Of a DNA stretch of 58,546 bases, positions 57,179 through 58,546 are shown one piece after another. The stretch comes from Limnothrix sp. (GTDB lineage: Bacteria; Cyanobacteriota; Cyanobacteriia; Cyanobacteriales; MRBY01). The DNA lies in NCBI GenBank assembly GCA_049644465.1, contig JBARRZ010000041.1, positions 1 through 58,546 of the forward strand, given 5' to 3'. How positions within the stretch are numbered: position 1 is the stretch's first letter; each line of letters begins with the position of its first letter. The notes below the pieces were generated by a model that did not search any database, had not been told where the DNA came from, and saw only the letters and a list, made by a program, of their open reading frames with translations. The position numbers and the translations under genes are program-made.

Positions 57179-58546
57179 ATGATGGATCTTTCTCCTGAAA
57201 CCTCAGCACTACTATTTCTGGTTTTTGCAGCCCTCGGTACCGTGTTGTGGGGATATCAGCGATCGCAAAAAGTGGGACGCATGGGCTTTTTAGCTTGGGG
57301 TCAGTCCTTAACGCTCACAGCGCCGTGGCTCGTTTTTGTGGCCTGTGTCTTGTTGCGGATTAGCCTTGATCTAATTGGAATTGTGATGCTTTTAGTGGCT
57401 TCGGCCGGCGCTTATATTTATCTCGGTCGGTTGCGTCGTGATGCTGGGCAGGAAGAGCTAATTCGTAAGCAAGCCCTAGAACGATTGCAGGAAGAAGATG
57501 CTGCTGAAGCGGAGCAAAAAGAGGTTCAGCGCCAGCCAGCGGAAATGGTGATCGATCCGATTGACAGTGAAGATTTACAAGAAATTAAAGGCATTTTTGG
57601 CATTGACACTTTCTTTTCAACTCAATCTATTCCCTACCAAGATGGCGTTATTTTCAAGGGAAATCTGCGGGGTGATCCGGAGAAGACTCACACAAGATTG
57701 ACGACGAAATTGGGCGATCGCCTCGGTGATAAATACCGTTTATTTTTAGTCGAAGATCCAGAAGGCAAACCGGTTGTAATTGTTTTACCCAGTACCAACG
57801 ATCCCAAGACAACGACACTCGTTCAGAAAAATTTGGCTGTTGTGCTAATTTTGGTGACCCTCGCAACCACGCTAGAAGCGATTGGCATTTTAAAAGGGTT
57901 CGATCTTTCTAGCGATATCGGCCGCTACGCTGAAGTGTTGCCGCTGAGTTTCGGGATGTGGGCCATCCTCGGTATTCATGAAATTGCCCATTGGGTGATT
58001 GCCAAAAGGCACGATGTGAAATTAAGTATTCCTTTTTTCTTACCAAACTGGCAGATCGCCTCTTTTGGCTCGATCACCCGTTTCGAATCGCTTCTACCCA
58101 CTCGTACAGCTTTATTCGATATTTCTTTTGCTGGGCCTGCTGCCGGCGGAATTTTCTCATTATTACTATTGATCAGTGGTTTAGTTTTGTCGCATCCGGG
58201 CAGTATGTTTCGGATTCCGAGCCAATTTTTTCAGGGTTCAATTTTAGTGGGGGCGATCGCCCGTACCTTTTTGGGTGATGCTTTACAGCAAGCCGTTGTT
58301 GATATTCATCCTCTGACAATTTTGGGGTGGCTCGGACTCGTGATCACCGCATTGAATTTGATGCCCGCTGGCCGCTTAGACGGTGGCCGGATTATCCAAG
58401 CTATTTATGGCCGTAAAACCGCCCGCCGCACAACACTTGCTACGCTAGTTATTTTAGGCATTGTCGCTTTATTTAATCCTTCCAACCCGATCCCTCTGTA
58501 TTGGGCACTGATTATTTCTTTTATCCAACGTGACGCAGAACGACCC
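57179..58546 (+). CDS. Site-2 protease (M50 metalloprotease, EGY-like); 3' end runs past the window
   Basis: Translated by hand from ATG at 57179: IKGIFGIDTFF, GVIFKGNLRG, HEIAH zinc motif, AGPAAG, NLMPAGRLDGG; absent from the ORF track because no stop lies in the window. Confidence 0.92.
   Translation, partial: MMDLSPETSALLFLVFAALGTVLWGYQRSQKVGRMGFLAWGQSLTLTAPWLVFVACVLLRISLDLIGIVMLLVASAGAYIYLGRLRRDAGQEELIRKQALERLQEEDAAEAEQKEVQRQPAEMVIDPIDSEDLQEIKGIFGIDTFFSTQSIPYQDGVIFKGNLRGDPEKTHTRLTTKLGDRLGDKYRLFLVEDPEGKPVVIVLPSTNDPKTTTLVQKNLAVVLILVTLATTLEAIGILKGFDLSSDIGRYAEVLPLSFGMWAILGIHEIAHWVIAKRHDVKLSIPFFLPNWQIASFGSITRFESLLPTRTALFDISFAGPAAGGIFSLLLLISGLVLSHPGSMFRIPSQFFQGSILVGAIARTFLGDALQQAVVDIHPLTILGWLGLVITALNLMPAGRLDGGRIIQAIYGRKTARRTTLATLVILGIVALFNPSNPIPLYWALIISFIQRDAERP

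Noticed and set aside
57654..58278. Two short ORFs in the track
   Set aside because: They lie within the site-2 protease gene, in other frames

Overview
Chromosomal segment of a cyanobacterium. The HIP1 palindrome GCGATCGC, mostly as GGCGATCGCC, recurs throughout, and gene content suggests (inference) a marine Picosynechococcus / [Leptolyngbya] PCC 7376-like strain. Most of the window is housekeeping: proB, fibrillin, SRP RNA (ffs), tRNA-Met(CAT), tRNA-Pro(CGG), fabG, thioredoxin, tocopherol cyclase, prfC, mazG, rne, cysteine desulfurase, lipA, futB, egtD, cugP, ruvB and a site-2 protease running off the right end. Signalling genes include two class III nucleotide cyclases and two histidine kinases. 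I saw no CRISPR array, transposase, integrase or prophage. The best candidates for undescribed systems are three. (1) A translationally coupled MscS / degenerate P-loop+wHTH / MscS operon at 37959-41463. (2) A cell-envelope locus at 18398-25186: a secreted protein with a long Asp-Ser repeat tail, an SLH porin with a Yfr1-type seed site, a TolB-like lipoprotein and a CHASE2 cyclase with an unusual K/G specificity pair. (3) An AT-rich accessory islet at about 5.2-11 kb, where a ~108-bp tandem duplication rewrote one gene's C-terminus. Several small ORFs missed by the ORF track and several structured intergenic elements are also reported. All family calls come from motif recognition by eye, not database searches.
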